Shown here: positions 22,301 through 37,300 of the stretch, piece after piece
Numbering within the stretch: position 1 is the stretch's first letter
Layout: each line of letters opens with the position of its first letter
NCBI GenBank assembly: GCA_030141605.1
Contig: JAQGDQ010000020.1
Coordinates: 372,001 to 436,000 of the forward strand
From: Tubiluchus corallicola
Taxonomy: Eukaryota; Animalia; Priapulida
DNA: 64,000 nt
Direction: 5' to 3'
Notes under the pieces: model-generated
What the model was told of the DNA's origin: nothing
Databases searched by the model: none
What the model saw: only the letters and a program-made list of their open reading frames with translations
Position numbers and translations under genes: made by a program

Positions 22301-25300
22301 CTAAAATTACTAATAAATTGCCTAGCAAAATCACCATTGAATTTTGATTTTGCATAATTTCAGTGATGTAGCAAAAATGCAGGCTGGAATGGGAGACAAA
22401 TTGGGAATATTTGTACAATGGACTACCTGTTGTCTAACAGGATTTATAATTGGCTTTGTCAAGGGGTGGAAGCTTAGTCTGGTCATTATCTCAGTCAGTC
22501 CTTTACTTGCTATTGCAGCTGGCTTCATGTCTAAGGTATGATTTCAGTGGTTATCTTTGTAATATTTTAACTTCTGAACATCAACACTCTTGATTGAATT
22601 TACGGGCCATCCCAGTTAAAAAATGCAGGGATAGAAGTTCAGATGCTCTTTATTAGATTATAGTACTACTGTTGAGTTCACAAGCTGATTGCAATTTTGT
22701 AAAATGAAATTTATTGTGTTGTATGTGTCAGGAAAGACAAAAAATATTTCTGCCTTTAAATTATTATTGTTATTTTACACATATCATATAACAAATGCAT
22801 TGTAGTTAACATGTACGAAAATATAGTTTGTTTGTGTACTTATACATATCACTATGTCAAACAACAGTGTGATTATGTGTAATTTGTATGGTCAAAGTGA
22901 TAAGTCGTGTACCTGACCACAACGTGTTTGAAATGGTTTACTTGAATTTTTGTTGAATGTTTATTGAAATTACGTCTTATGAAGTTTTAGCAAATGTAAT
23001 TATTTTCTGTCGATATTGTATTTTTACTCCAATACTTTTTTATTTCTTGAGGATGGGAGATAGTAGGTGGCATCAGATAAGAAGTTACAATTGTATTCAA
23101 TATAAGCAAATTTTTGCTACAAATAAAAGTGTTCTTATTATTAATAAATTCATTGCAAAGGTTTTGTGGGCTGCTAGATAAAAGAAGGATAATATTAGTA
23201 GACTAAGGCTTAATGAAAATTGTTCGCACGATTTATTTTGAAGGAAATATTTAATACGAAATCATGATTTATTGAGTAAAGCGCATTGACAAATTCGTAG
23301 GTTGAGTGAAAAACTCATTAGGTAATTAAATATCTGTGAATGGGTACTTATATAAAGCCACGTGCAAGTAAGTTTAAAGCAAAAGGTGAAAGAAGCATGT
23401 CTGTCGTCTGGCTGACAAGTCTCTAGTTCAGCTGATTTTGCAGGAAACAAAAAGCTACAATTCATAGGTCAACTTGTAATTAATTTAGAGTTGTAACTAT
23501 GCATTGCGGGTTAGCAATAGAAGCTATTATTGCTTTTCTTTTTTATTATACAGTTGCCGCCAAGTTCAAAATTTCAATGAACTACTCTGAAGCCATCAGT
23601 TGGTTAGTTTTGTACAAGTGCGGCTTTTTGTAGCAATTAAAAAAATCTCAGGTACATTGAATGGTTTATAATAATGCCATGTTTATTAGGTATGTCTAAT
23701 AAGTGAGACTTCCAGTTTTTATGGTTTTTCATGTTTTCAGCTTGCTACTGAAATGACTAGTAGAGAGTTAAGCGCTTATGCGAAAGCTGGAGCAATAGCA
23801 GAAGAAGTGTTCATGTCAATAAGAACTGTTGTAGCATTTGGTGGAGAACGCAAAGAAGCTGAAAGGTGGGTGAATATATATTTTCACTCGTATTTTCGAA
23901 AAACCTATGGTGCTACATAGCTTCTTAGATAAATTATTTAGGATGTTTTATTTACAAGTAGATGCTTAACTAAGTACTCTTGTCTCAAAATTTTATACTT
24001 TTTTTAAAGCACTATTACTATGTGTAAGAAACTTTAAGCAAAGCAAGGACCATATGGTACATTCGTTCTAAAGATGTTTTTGACACCTTGTCTAACTGTA
24101 GCCTGATCTGCTTCGGCATGCAAACTTCTTTGAGATGATGTGCCATATTGGCATGGTAGATAATGTTGTATTAATTAGTAAAGTAGTAGTAATTAAGACT
24201 ATCTTTAAAAGTAATAGATGGTTAAAAGAAGTAACAAAATATTATGAAAGAGGCTTTCTAATCTGAAACTTATAAAAAAGAGCATTTTCTTGTTTTAATA
24301 ATCTGGATTTGACACAGGTAAAGGAAATGCTAAATTTTGTTAAAATGATTCTGACTATAAATTAATGAAATTATTACATCAAGACCTATATGCAGGCTTT
24401 ACTTGCATTTTCAGAAAAAGACAGAAATGCATATTAGACTTTCTCTCTTGTATAATTTCAATATATCCCTGTAAATTTATTACAAAAAAATCTGTTTCTG
24501 GATGAGAAAAGCTTAACGCCTTTGAACAATTAAGGAATATATATATACATGTAATGTCATTTACCTCGTTGAAGATTAGCCAGCAGTATGGTTAAGCTCC
24601 TGAGGTGCCATTGCTGTCTTTGTTTTGTGTTTCTTTAATAAAATGCCGAAATTAGACACATTATTAAATGAAATACGTGATTTTACAAAATTCTGCTTTG
24701 ACTATGTACACTTGATAACCTTGTTGTCCTACCATTCATAAGAAATTGGCCTACATTTGTAATGCCTTGCAAAATTGACTTCGTTTTATCATGCTGTGCT
24801 GAAAGTAATTATTTTTAAATGTATACTATACTGTTGTAAGTATATAAATTCAACATGTTTTCTGCTTTCTGGATGCAGATATGAAAAAAATTTAGCTGAT
24901 GCAAAGAAGATTGGAATACAGAAAGGGTTAACTACTGGAACAGGGCTTGGCTTAACATGGATGCTTATTTTCTGCGTTTACTCTTTGGCGTTTTGGTATG
25001 GTTCCAGACTTGTAAGAGAAGATCCGGAATACACAGCTGGTACACTTATGACGGTATAAAGTTAACTTGCTCATTTTGTGAAAGATGACAAATTCATTGA
25101 CAGAAGAATAGTGTCAGATTGTTCTCTCATGCTGGATTTATCAATCTGATTAAAATCACCGAGGAGTTATATTTTTGTTAGTTTTTGTAATGTACGTGAA
25201 ACTGAATTTTGTAAACCATGTTATGATTTTGAAAATTAGTGAGCTAATTTAAAATAGCTTCATTTTTCTTTTGCCTCATTTGCAACCTATTTTATAGTTT

Positions 25301-28300
25301 AATAAACTAACTGTAATTTTTCAGGTATTCTTTGCTGTCATGATAGGCGCATTTGCCATGGGCCATGCAGCAGCTCCGTTGTCAGATTTTGCTAATGCAC
25401 GAGGTGCAGCTTCAAAAGTGTATGAGATAATAGACACGGTGTGTTAAGTTATTTCCAGAAATTTACATTTTCTGTTTTCCAGATTTACCATTTTGAAGCT
25501 TAATAAATTAATCTAAATTGTTTTTAAATACTTAAGTTTTGTGGCTGATAAATTAGACAAGTTTCCTGATTTTCTAATTGCAATGTTAGAGAAGTAGTTA
25601 AGATATTTTTGGTGGCACAGAAGAAATGGGCCAATGTTGAGACTGCAATAACATTAGAAGCAAGTGCCTTAAAAAGTTGAAATTTCATGGTGTTACAATA
25701 CATTAACTTTTGCCTGTGAGAGCTACATATTTTTGGCTTTAGCCAGTGGTTTCCAAACTTTCTCGGACCGTTACCCAAATCGGGAAACCCGGTCGTGTCC
25801 ATTACCCCCCACCTAGTACTACATCTCCAACTCAAAAAGCAAACACACGTATATGCCACAAGCAAGCAAAATTATTTATGTTTGCTCGTGACATAAATAA
25901 ATTTCCAGGTGTTGTTGTTGTATTGTTTTGGAAGAAAACTACGTAAAATGCATTCCGAGCGAAGTTTTAAAAATTTTCGGAGGGGTGCCCGTTACCCCCC
26001 CAAAAAAACCATATTACCCCCGGGGGGTAATTTACCCCTACTTTGGGAACCACTGGCTTTAGCGATGTTTAAGTTTAAGTTGTAGCCGAAAAGCTTTTGT
26101 ATGTTAAAAATTTAAATGCACAATATCAGCTATTCATCAATTGAAAAAACAATCACATTCATGTATAAAGCATTCAATAAATTGCAGCAAAACAACAAAG
26201 AAATTAAACAGTTTACATCTTGGTTTTCACCACAAAAGATAACACACCAATAAAGATTTATTGTCAAGTTGTTAGGAAAAAATGGGACTTAATCCTCTGG
26301 ACTGTGGTATCTGAAATTCCTGAAAGAGAGTGTACCCAAAGTTGCACAGAGATGTTTGATACAGAAAAATTGAAAGCAAAAATTGTTAAGTGCTGGAACT
26401 AGATATTCCATAAAGAAGTAATAGGTATATCGGCTGTTGGAAAAAAATGCCTTCATCTAGTTTGCATTGAAAATGATGGACATGTGAGCACTTGTAATTT
26501 TAACAATGGAGATATACAAAATATTTTATGGCATTTGTTTTTTTGACTTGCTGATTTAAATTTCTGTTTCTTTAAAAGAATCTAAGGGAATGACTTCTGG
26601 CATTTATGCACATTCCTATGGTTAATCCAGTATGGTAATTTCTAAGCAATTTCATTTTTTCTTCGTATAATAGCCCCAGATACCCGATATGTGGTGTGGT
26701 GATAATTATGGGTGGGCAAATCAAAGTTTTAAGTTAAAGAGTGTCAGTTGGAGCTGATTTTTGTCATTCAAAAATATTTCAAAATAATTATGTACTTCAC
26801 TTTTTTAACTCATCTGTGAGACAATTCTTGCAACTTTATGTTCCTTCTTGATAAGTCATTCAGGTAGTGCTTACTGATCTGTATTGTCATACCATTTCAT
26901 ATAGGATATTTTTATTACCACTTTATTACAAATTATTTTTCATTTACAAAAGTTCTCTCTTATACTGACCACATATACTCACTGAGACATGATTAAAGTG
27001 TTATGACTATATTTGCAGGGCTTGCTGTAATATCTTGAGTTGCAAAGATGTTGTGATTGTCTTGTGAATCATTAATTTATTAATGACTTTTGTTGCAAGT
27101 ATTTTTATGTTGTAACTAATATTCCCAGTTACCAGAATGATGTTGTTGGCAGTATTTTTGTGGTTTTAGAAATGTATATTGTATTGTCTCCCAAAAATCA
27201 AAATGATGTCTGTTGAGACTAATGCATTCCTTAATGTCAAAATTTATAGAGTGCGTGTGCAAATGTCTATAGTTTAAGCTAATTCATGTCATTTTAACAA
27301 TGACTGAGCAGTCTCATAAGTGATTTAGCTTATCAACATTCAAAAGTATTATTTAGGTTAAGTATACTGCATGTGATGAATGTTGCTTTGCTGACAGTGA
27401 TATATTTTTTAATTCATTAGTAGTTATAATGGCAGTGTTATTATTTATAGGTTCCAGTCATAGATTCACAATCTACATCAGGTGAAAAACCTTCCAATAT
27501 TGTAGGGAATATTGAATTTAAGGATGTGCATTTTCAGTATCCGTCTAGGCCTGATGTAAAGGTTAGTTGTTAAAGCTTTCTTCGCTCAAAATATTTCCTT
27601 TAGAAGTTCAAAATATTTCCTGTTAGCATTCGATTTACCATTTTTGTGATTTTATGTCATGACTTGTGCATCAGTATGCCATTGTACTGTTTTTAACTAC
27701 CTGTACATTACTAATTAGGGATGTGCAAAAACCAAGCCCAGTTGACCACTGAGCCACAGTTTCAGTCCACGGTTTACTTTGTAAAGACCCCATAATTTCA
27801 TTATTATAGTAGATTGAACACAGCTAATTCACGTTTTGGCAAGTCAGTCCATTTGCATTTATGATGAGCCTTTAAAATGGCTCAGACCGACATTGTGCAA
27901 TTGTAAATTTACTTCAGATGCTTGCAAAATTTCCATTACAATATTTAGAAAGTTTCAGTTTGGATTTGGTTTGGTTTCATTTTTTTAATTTTTGCACAAC
28001 CCTTTTGCTATTATTGGGTTGAGAGTTATTGAGAAAATGAAACTTTAAACTACAAATTTTATTTTGTGCCTCAGGTGCTGAAAGGTCTGAATTTGAGAGT
28101 TGAGAATGGACAAACCGTGGCACTGGTAGGTCCAAGTGGTTGTGGAAAAAGTACAGTTGTGCAACTCATACAACGATTGTATGACACCATCAATGGTTCG
28201 GTATTGTTACTTTTACTATTATACAATCAGAGTCTTTATTATTGCTATTGTGAGTTTCATCAAATTTGAGTCATTTATTGCTGATATTTTATTTTGGCCT

Positions 28301-31300
28301 TTTTACAATGAAGCATTGTTTAGCTATATCTTTCATTCTAATATAAAGAGCTGTTTGGAAACCTGGAAATCCCTCAGCAGTTGATGGGCACCCTCAGCAG
28401 TTGATGGGCTGCTGACATACAGATGTAATGCAAATGATTGTCAAAGGATTTCTCAAACTTTAGAAAGTTCATGATTTTTTCATGGTTTTGTTGCAATGTC
28501 ATAACTGGCCATCATGTTATAGGTGATGTTGGATGGGCGAGATATAAAAACACTGAACGTAAAATGGTTAAGAGATAATATTGGAATCGTCAGCCAAGAG
28601 CCTGTATTGTTTGGCACTACGATTGGAGAGAATATTCGCTATGGACGTGATGGAGTTTCGCAAACTCAGATAGAGGATGCAGCCCGGGAGGCAAATGCTC
28701 ACAACTTCATTATGAAGTTGCCACAGGTATCATTTTCTTCATCCTAAAATCATCAGATTATAAAATATCTAAAAGAGAAAACTTTCCGTGGTTTGCCTCT
28801 TGTGTTATTAAGAAAGGATTTGTTGTCATGTACACTAATTTCAGGTTTTATTTTGTCTGCCTTTGTGTCAAAAAGTCGCTTTTGCATTCAAAAACTTGTG
28901 GCATGAATGAAAAGTTGAACTATACCAATTTAGCTGACAATTGACTTTTATTATTACTATTAAGTTGTGTTGGTAGTGCTTTATTAAAAACAGCACACAA
29001 ATCCCTTTGGATTTGCCTAAAACTGAATTTAGCTTGTCATGTTTACATATAGCAGCCTTCGCCCTTTGGCTCAAATTTACAGTACTTAGATTGTGCTTTG
29101 ATTCTGACTGACGAAATGTTAACTTGATTCTGCAAGTAATTGGGGTGTACATAATAGTGTGCAGCTATGTAAACAATCAAAATTTTACACAGTGTGTCTT
29201 CATAACTGATATTAACATTTGTTGTGGTTTATTTAGAAATACAACACCCTAGTCGGAGAGAGAGGTGCACAACTGTCTGGTGGTCAGAAGCAAAGAATTG
29301 CTATAGCTAGAGCTCTTGTTCGTAATCCTCGGATATTACTGCTAGATGAAGCCACATCAGCATTAGATACAGAGAGTGAAGCTACTGTGCAAGCAGCATT
29401 GGATAATGTAAGGCATTTTAACAATCCACTAAAAAGTCGATTCTGTACCATTCAGAGTTATGTGTTATCAGCTCTGTTCTGATTAGTAGTTGCCAGGGCC
29501 TTAGTTGGTATGGTGGGTTTGATCCAAACTTGTGTTTTACAGGCACGATTGGGGCGCACTACAGTTGTGATAGCTCATCGACTTTCAACCATTAAAAATG
29601 CTGACAAGATTGTGCCTATTGAATTGGGTGTGTCAGTTGAGGAAGGTAGTCATGCAGAACTAATGAAAAAGGGTGGAGTCTACTATCACTTAGTAATGGC
29701 ACAGGTAAGCTAGTAACTGAAAATTTTTATTGAAACCATCCACATAATTTTTGGTCGAGGGACTTTACACAAATTGCTGCTTTTCTGGACGTTGTTGTTT
29801 TTGTGTCATTTGAGTTGAACTTTACTTCAAAACTTTATGGTCTGTATTCTGTGCAGCTTTACTAATTCAGAATTTTTCTGAGGTTGATTTAATTTTTTTA
29901 AGAGCGAAGGTTTGGAAGACATTGAAGAGAATGAAGCAGCCGTTATATCATATACTGATCTTTCTGGTTCTCCTAAAACTCGTTCTGAGAGCCATGTGTC
30001 TGTAAAAAGAGTGTTAAGTCGACAGATTTCTCGTGGAATGTCAGTAACATCAATAGGATCGGATAAACCTGCAGCTCCTGAAGTTGATGAGGTAAACATT
30101 GATTGAGTAAAATTCATCTTATATGTTCAGCATTGATTGCATTAGATTAGACTAGACTAGACTAAACCAGAGATGTGCCGATATGGGAATCTGTGTTACG
30201 ATCCGATACCGATTATTTTTACCTATTGCTGTTGGCCGATCCGATCCGATTTCAGACCCAAGCTGATATGTTGGTATTAGAATTGCTGCAACAGTAATTA
30301 TGTTGTGACTGTGAGAAGTCAAAATACGATATAATTATGACATTAGCTTTTAAATAAGACGCTTATTGACTTCTTTTACAGTTATAATTATGACATTTTT
30401 GTCCTTCAGTAAAGTACTAGTTGTATACTAGTTTTGTGTTTATAGCTTCTGTTTTATTATTAATACCTTTAGTTTATCATTTGCTAGGGTCAGCTTCGTA
30501 TAATTTACTCAACAACATATTTCAGTCCCGACAGCAATTTGGGCTTTTAAACGCACATCAAAAAACACTTCACGGTGAAAAAAATAACTGGTAAAGATGT
30601 TTCATGTAAAATTGCAGATGCGAAAGAAACATGTGATAGTTTGGTAACAACCTCACAGGCACAGAGCTTGAACTTGAAAATATTTGCATTTTACATGTAT
30701 GAAACACCTGTTTTAGTCAAACTCGTACGTTTTATGGCTCAGTCAGCACTTAAAAGTTGTGGCACTTGTATGTAAATGGCATGGTGAAAATGAAATAGAC
30801 CTTTTGAAGAAACTGCATAAACTAATGACCATAAGTGCTTGTTACCATTCATTTTGTGCTAATAACAGAAGGCTCAATCAAAGTTTATTTTAGGTGTAGT
30901 CAAAGTGAAAATTTATTTCAGGAGAAACTTTTAACATCCACGTTCCTATTGCAGATATTAGAGCATTATCGGCTAGAGATCGATCTGCTCCAATGTGCTA
31001 GTTTGTTTGCCTATCTTTTTATTGTAAACAAACTTAGTGTGCCATAATATGACAGAAAATATCAGTTGAACTTGCACAGAAGTTGAACGTTATTTTCTAT
31101 AGTGAAAAGTTATGAGAAAGCCTTCAGTTTTTTGCTGATGATTTTTTAGCATTCTGTTCGTCCTTAAACTATAATTTAATGTTTTATACTGGGTATTACA
31201 ATAAATTTGATATTCATAAGTGAATATCTATTGCAAAATGGCTTTCTAATTTCAGCTTCATAGCTTCAGATGGTTTGTGGTTTTAACTGGTATATCAAGC

Positions 31301-34300
31301 TTAATTTGCATAATGTCCACTTAATTGATGCAGATGTTATTACAGCATTGTTTTTGTCTGTTTGTACAAAATTGTACATTCTGAAAAGCTGTTATGGTTT
31401 GCAAATGCAGAAAATGCAAGTATTTTGTACTGCAGCAGGATAATAAGCAGGACACAAATTTTTACAAGCATTAAGCAGTTTGCATGTAATGAGTAGAAAG
31501 GCATGAGTTTATTTCATGGTTTTATTGTCTTTTAGTTACCTGTTTATCACATAGATGATTTTACATGTATAAATTGCTAATAATTACACCTGTCCGATAA
31601 GTTACGATTGAGATGCATTTTTGTCTTTTTAGAGAGATGTTTAAAGGAAGACAGGTTGATTTTTCTTATACTATCCCATTTTTAAGAATAGTAAAAAGTA
31701 TACATTTTCACACCAGTAATACTGAAAAAGTGTTACTGATAGTTAAAAAATAGATTAAAATCTTAATTAATGGCATTAATTAATTAACTATTGATGACAT
31801 CACAAACGAACATAATTTTCAACAGCAAAAATATTCAACGAGCGTGTTGCATGTGTTTATGAAAGGGAAGATTGAAGAGATTCAGTGTGTTGTACTAAAA
31901 CTCGGCAAGTTTAAAAAAAATTCAGATTTTCTTAAATTAAGTGAAGAAGTCAATGACACATGCCATTCTTGAAAAAATACTGTGTTCTCTTTCAATATTT
32001 CATAGAGTAGATTGTTTTGACATACAGTTTAAGATTGAGTCCAGTTCTGATCTGACTTCACACCTGACTTCAGGCATGACAGCAGTAAATGTTTTCAAAA
32101 TTTTAAGCTTTTGCACTCTGCATTAAGAGAATTTCACTTTTCTCCACAGGATGATGTGTCGGATCTCCCTCCTCCAAGTACACTACGTCTGATGAAGTTG
32201 AACTCTCCTGAGTGGCCATTCATCGCTGTGGGAACATTCTGTGCGATGGCTAATGGAACTATTATGCCTATATTTGCTGTCCTTTTTGCAGAAGTGCTTG
32301 GGGTATGACTGATGATTGTTTATGCAAACATTAATGTTTCATTTTTAACTAGTAGCACATTTTGTGTTGATGGCATTCTGTTACAGGATTCACAGAACAG
32401 TTGTTTTATGGTGAAAAGTCGTTTGGTGCTTATCATGTGAAAAGTGAAGTAAATCAACTGCATTTTTAATGTGTTAGGTGTTTTCAATCATAGACCTAGA
32501 GGAGCAAGAAAAAGAGTCCAATTGGTATGCACTTCTTTTTCTCCTCGTTGGAATTGCAGCTGGAGCCACTATGTTTTTACAGGTAAAAAATGAAATACTT
32601 GGACATTTCCTGTATTTAATAGTAGATTCTCAAATTTCCTTTGCTCTTATCAAATACATATTTTCTAATCAGCTAATGTTTAAATTATGTTTGTAAACAT
32701 TCTTCATTGAGCAAAACAGTGTTGCTTTCTAGGAATTATGCTTCTGATTCTTCAACTATTTTTAGTCATTGTAGTGTATTTGTAGCATTATAAATCAATT
32801 GAAATTGGGTTATTTCATTATACTATTAAAGTTCTTTCTTTCTTTAAGAAGACTTTGTCGATGCCGTTGCTTAAATACTTAATTTCTTAACTTTTTAAAA
32901 ATAGGTGTATTTCTTTGGCATATCTGGAGAAAGCTTGACTAAGAGATTACGTTATATGGGCTTCACATCAATGCTAAGACAAGAGATTGGTTGGTTTGAT
33001 GACAGGAAGAATACAGTGGGGGCACTCATGACTCGTCTTGCTACTGATGCGTCTAATGTTCAGGGGGTTGGTTTTTTTTAAGAAACATTGTGTCATTAAT
33101 AATATGTTTTCATGGTGTTTGCTGTCCTGGAGATCAGCTTCATAAGCTGTTCTTGTTTTGTGTCACCATTTGAAACTTATTCTTAACTTCCAGTATGGCT
33201 ATTACTTTTTCGGTGCCTTTTTGACAAGTAGCTATGTAAGTAACGCTTATGTGTTGTGTTTTGCCTTAAGATGTATTGTTTGGTAGGTTTCAGGGGTAAA
33301 TTTTGTTTAATTGTTCTGACAAATTTTAAACTGGAGGTGAAGGAAATTTTAATTCTAAGAATGTTTGATCTTTTTAGATGACATGGTATAATTCATTATG
33401 TTGGAGTTTTGTGTCAGAATTTCTAGATTTCGCTTTAATGTGAGAAATGATGTGCAAACCTGAAGTAATTTATAAGTGTTCAGTTTAACAATTTGTTGTT
33501 ATGAAATATTGTAAATCAATGACTTTTGAGTCGGCTACTTTTGTAATTACTGCTCCACTATAATCACCCAACATTCTGTGCAGGTTTATACTATAATGAA
33601 GTGATGTCACATTACAGGCATATATACGATTCGGTCATTATTCTTAATATAAGAGAACAGCCATTAACATTGTAGGCACAGTAATAATGCCTTCTGTATG
33701 AAGATATGATGCTTATTTTTATATTTTCAGGCAACAGGAGCACGACTCGGATCCACGCTAAACGGATTTGCTAGTATTGCATGTGGATTAGCTATAGCTT
33801 TTTCTAATAGCTGGCAACTCACGCTGGTCATTCTGGCTTTCACACCTTTTATAATGCTTGGTGGTGTACTACAGATGAAAATGTTGGCAGGAAATGCGCA
33901 TCTTGATAAGGATGCATTAGAGAACAGTGGACGTGTAAGCTTGAAGCTCTCATAACGCAGATAACAATTTTTGAGAACAAGAATAGTAGAATGAAATAAA
34001 ACGTCCCACAATTAAAAACAAGGAAAAAAGAAAGAACACAATGTTTCAAACTAGCATTGCAATTCTTCGGGTGAGCAAAAATGGCCAAAAAGAGCAAAAA
34101 ATCACAAGTGCTTACTGTGGTCACGTTTTTGTTCTGAAAAAACTACAGTGCGAATTTGAAATGTTGTGTTCTTTCTTTTTCCTTGTTTTTCGGTTGTGTT
34201 GATTTTTTATAAATGGAGTTCTCAAGAAAGTTCAGATTTTTCTTTTTCTTATGACACATTTGTGCCAAAGTCCATTTATTGAAGCTCATAATAAACACAA

Positions 34301-37300
34301 TTAAATTTTCATTTATTTCCTTGCTCATTTACTTGTGATTTTAATGTATGAACAATTATTTTAAAGGTGGCTACAGAAGGAATAGATAACATCAGAACAG
34401 TGGCATCATTGTCGAAGGAGAAGCATTTTGTCAATCAGTATTCTTCAAGTCTTCGTATTCCATTTAAGTATGTAGTTGTATCAAAATTAAGAAGATTTTT
34501 TTTTGCACTTTTCATTTTTGTCATGATTGGTTTGATGACAGGTAGAACACAGTAGGGACACGTCAAGGCTTCATATTCCATTTAGATATATAATCTTTGT
34601 ATTGATGATCAACATGTGAAAGCAAAGATTTGTTTTACATTTTTTTCATTTCGGTGAGGTAGGGTGTGTGTGTGTGTGCATGTGCGTGCTCGTGCGTGCG
34701 CGTGTTGTTGTTGTTGTTGTTGTTGTTGTTGGGCCGAGGATTAATTCCGGGTCTTCTAAAGCGAAGCTGAGGAATTCTAAAGCAGTTGTTTGAACTAATT
34801 AAGCTTGTATGCCACGAATGCCAAGTTTTCTTTTCCTAGTATGTTCTGGAAATTAGTTAGGCAATAATGTCATACTTATGTTGTTATGGCAGTTTCTGGA
34901 AAGTAGGAGAATGTATTTTTATTGTGGTCTACCTAATTTTTGATACACTTGTACTTTCTGATCTTTTCATTTATATAGTTTGTTTTATGTGATTATAAAA
35001 ATTGTTGGGCTGTTTTGTAAGGCATTGATTTGTTAAAATTTCAAAAAGTTTTCAGCCTTGTTAATGTCGTAACAGTGCAATACCCGTTCTTTAAGCATTT
35101 GGCAAGCTAATTCATTCTACAATAAAGCTATTTTGAACCAACAGGAATTCAATGATCCGATGTCATTTGTACGGTATAGCATTCAGCTTTTCACAGGGTA
35201 TCATCTTCTTTGCATATTCTGCTTGCTTCTACTATGGTGCAGTGCTAATCGAAGAGAAGGGTTTAGACTACGAAAAGGTTTTCAAGTGAGTGGCTTAAAT
35301 TTTACAAATACTTTGCACATACATACAAGTGTTTGAAGTTTGCATCCAGAGTTGTGCAGAAATTGGTGAGTTTTTTCCTGAAAATCATCCTAAAAATAAA
35401 ATATGTTGTTTTTGATGCTTCTCTTGGTAAGTTAAAATCCTGAAACAGACTTCATGCTGATAACTTGTTGATTAAAAAGGAATGGAGGAATACCCATTCT
35501 TTCAAAAATCTGAAATGGCATTTTTTGAAACAGTTAACAGCTGTTAACTACTTGTCAAGACGTATGGCCAATTTTATGTAGAGCTGATAAGCATGCTTTG
35601 TTATTTCCTTGCTTATATTTTTAGTCAGTAAGTGCTTTCAAATAGATTATCAAAAATAGTTTAGATGATTTGTACAAATAAGTATTCTTTTATTTGATTT
35701 AAACAATGATTTTTTTTAAACTAAAAACAAAAATTTAGTTTTGTTGTCTATTTTGCCAACATGCACAGAGCAAATTAAATTCGTGCCATAAATGAGACTG
35801 CCTGATAAGTTCTGTATCATAATTTATTTTAATGCTTTTAGAGTATTTTCTGCTATTGTGTTTGGAGCAATGTCACTGGGTCAGGCCAGCAGCTTTGCAC
35901 CGGACTTTGCCAAAGCTAAAACTTCTTCACAGAGAGTCTTGCATTTATTTGACCGAGTTCCATTGATTGATAGTTCATCTCCTGATGGTGAAAAACCTGT
36001 AAGCTGTACAATTGATCATCAGTATAAAAGAAGTAACTTTTTGACATTTTGTGAAAAGGAAAATGGCCATAGCATATGTTTTGCAACCAAAGTTAAGTAA
36101 TGCTGAGCCAGGTTAGTAAATGGATTGAAAAGGAAATGGAAATGGTGCTTTTTGTTGAATCTTTTCAGGATCGTATTTTCTAATAAACATTTCTGCCCAA
36201 GTTTTTTTCATTAATCTTATTTGAAAGGAAAACACCAATGAAGTTTTTATCAAAGTTTCAAGGATTACACCTTTGAAGAGATAATAAGAAAGCTTGTTTG
36301 TCTAAATGACAATGTATTACTTCCTTGTATAGATTATTTTTTGTGAAAATTTAATGCTATTCAATATGCTTGAGCCGCTAGTGCAACTTGTTAACGATCA
36401 TCGGATACTTGCAGTACAGTGCGTGTGAAACTGTTGACCTTATTTTTTTCAGAACTGTATTGCAATTTTACATATTTTTTTACTGTAACAATGTTTATGA
36501 ACTCGAATGCTGAATGTTCACTGTTCATTGTTTTAGAGTACTTGTATTGGGAGAATACAGTTTAAGTCAGTCAACTTTAACTATCCATCACGCCCAGATG
36601 TGCCAGTGCTTGTTGGATTTGACTTGACTATTGATCCGTCACAAATGGTGGCTTTAGTTGGTAGTAGTGGCTGTGGAAAGAGTACTACTGTGCAGCTGTT
36701 GGAGAGGTTTTATGACCCTCTAGAAGGGCAAGTGGTGAGCTGCATATGTTGTAAAGGATGTAAACTCTAGTATTGTTTAGTTAAATATCGGGTAAATATG
36801 TCATTTTTAGTCCCAGACTCCCAGTCTATAACTTAGAATAAGCTTGAAGAAGGATGTATCTAGGAAGCCATGAAACCTTGCAAAAATCTTTGTGAATTGA
36901 CAGTTAATCTTCAGAACACTGCACTGTTTGTATGTAATTGCTTATTATTTGTATAATTGGTTTTATGCAACTAAAGGCATATCAGCCCATCTTTGTTAAT
37001 GTGAACAGAAACAAATTCTTGGAAACTTTGGAACTTGTAAATTTTGGATAAGCTAAGTAATAATTTTCTTCCAATAACTAATATACACTGTAATAATTTT
37101 CTTCAAATGAGCAAAAATGAAATTATTAATAATTAAAAAATGGCCAGGAAAGTTACCACAGTTTCCAATTTGATGGTTTTTTCACAAATATTTAGAGGTT
37201 AGTTTTTATAAATAAAGGGGAAGAAAACCTCCAAAAAATTTCAAAGCAGTGAAAGGTAGCAACGGTCAATCGAGTCTTTGATTCATCATAATCTAGGCTA

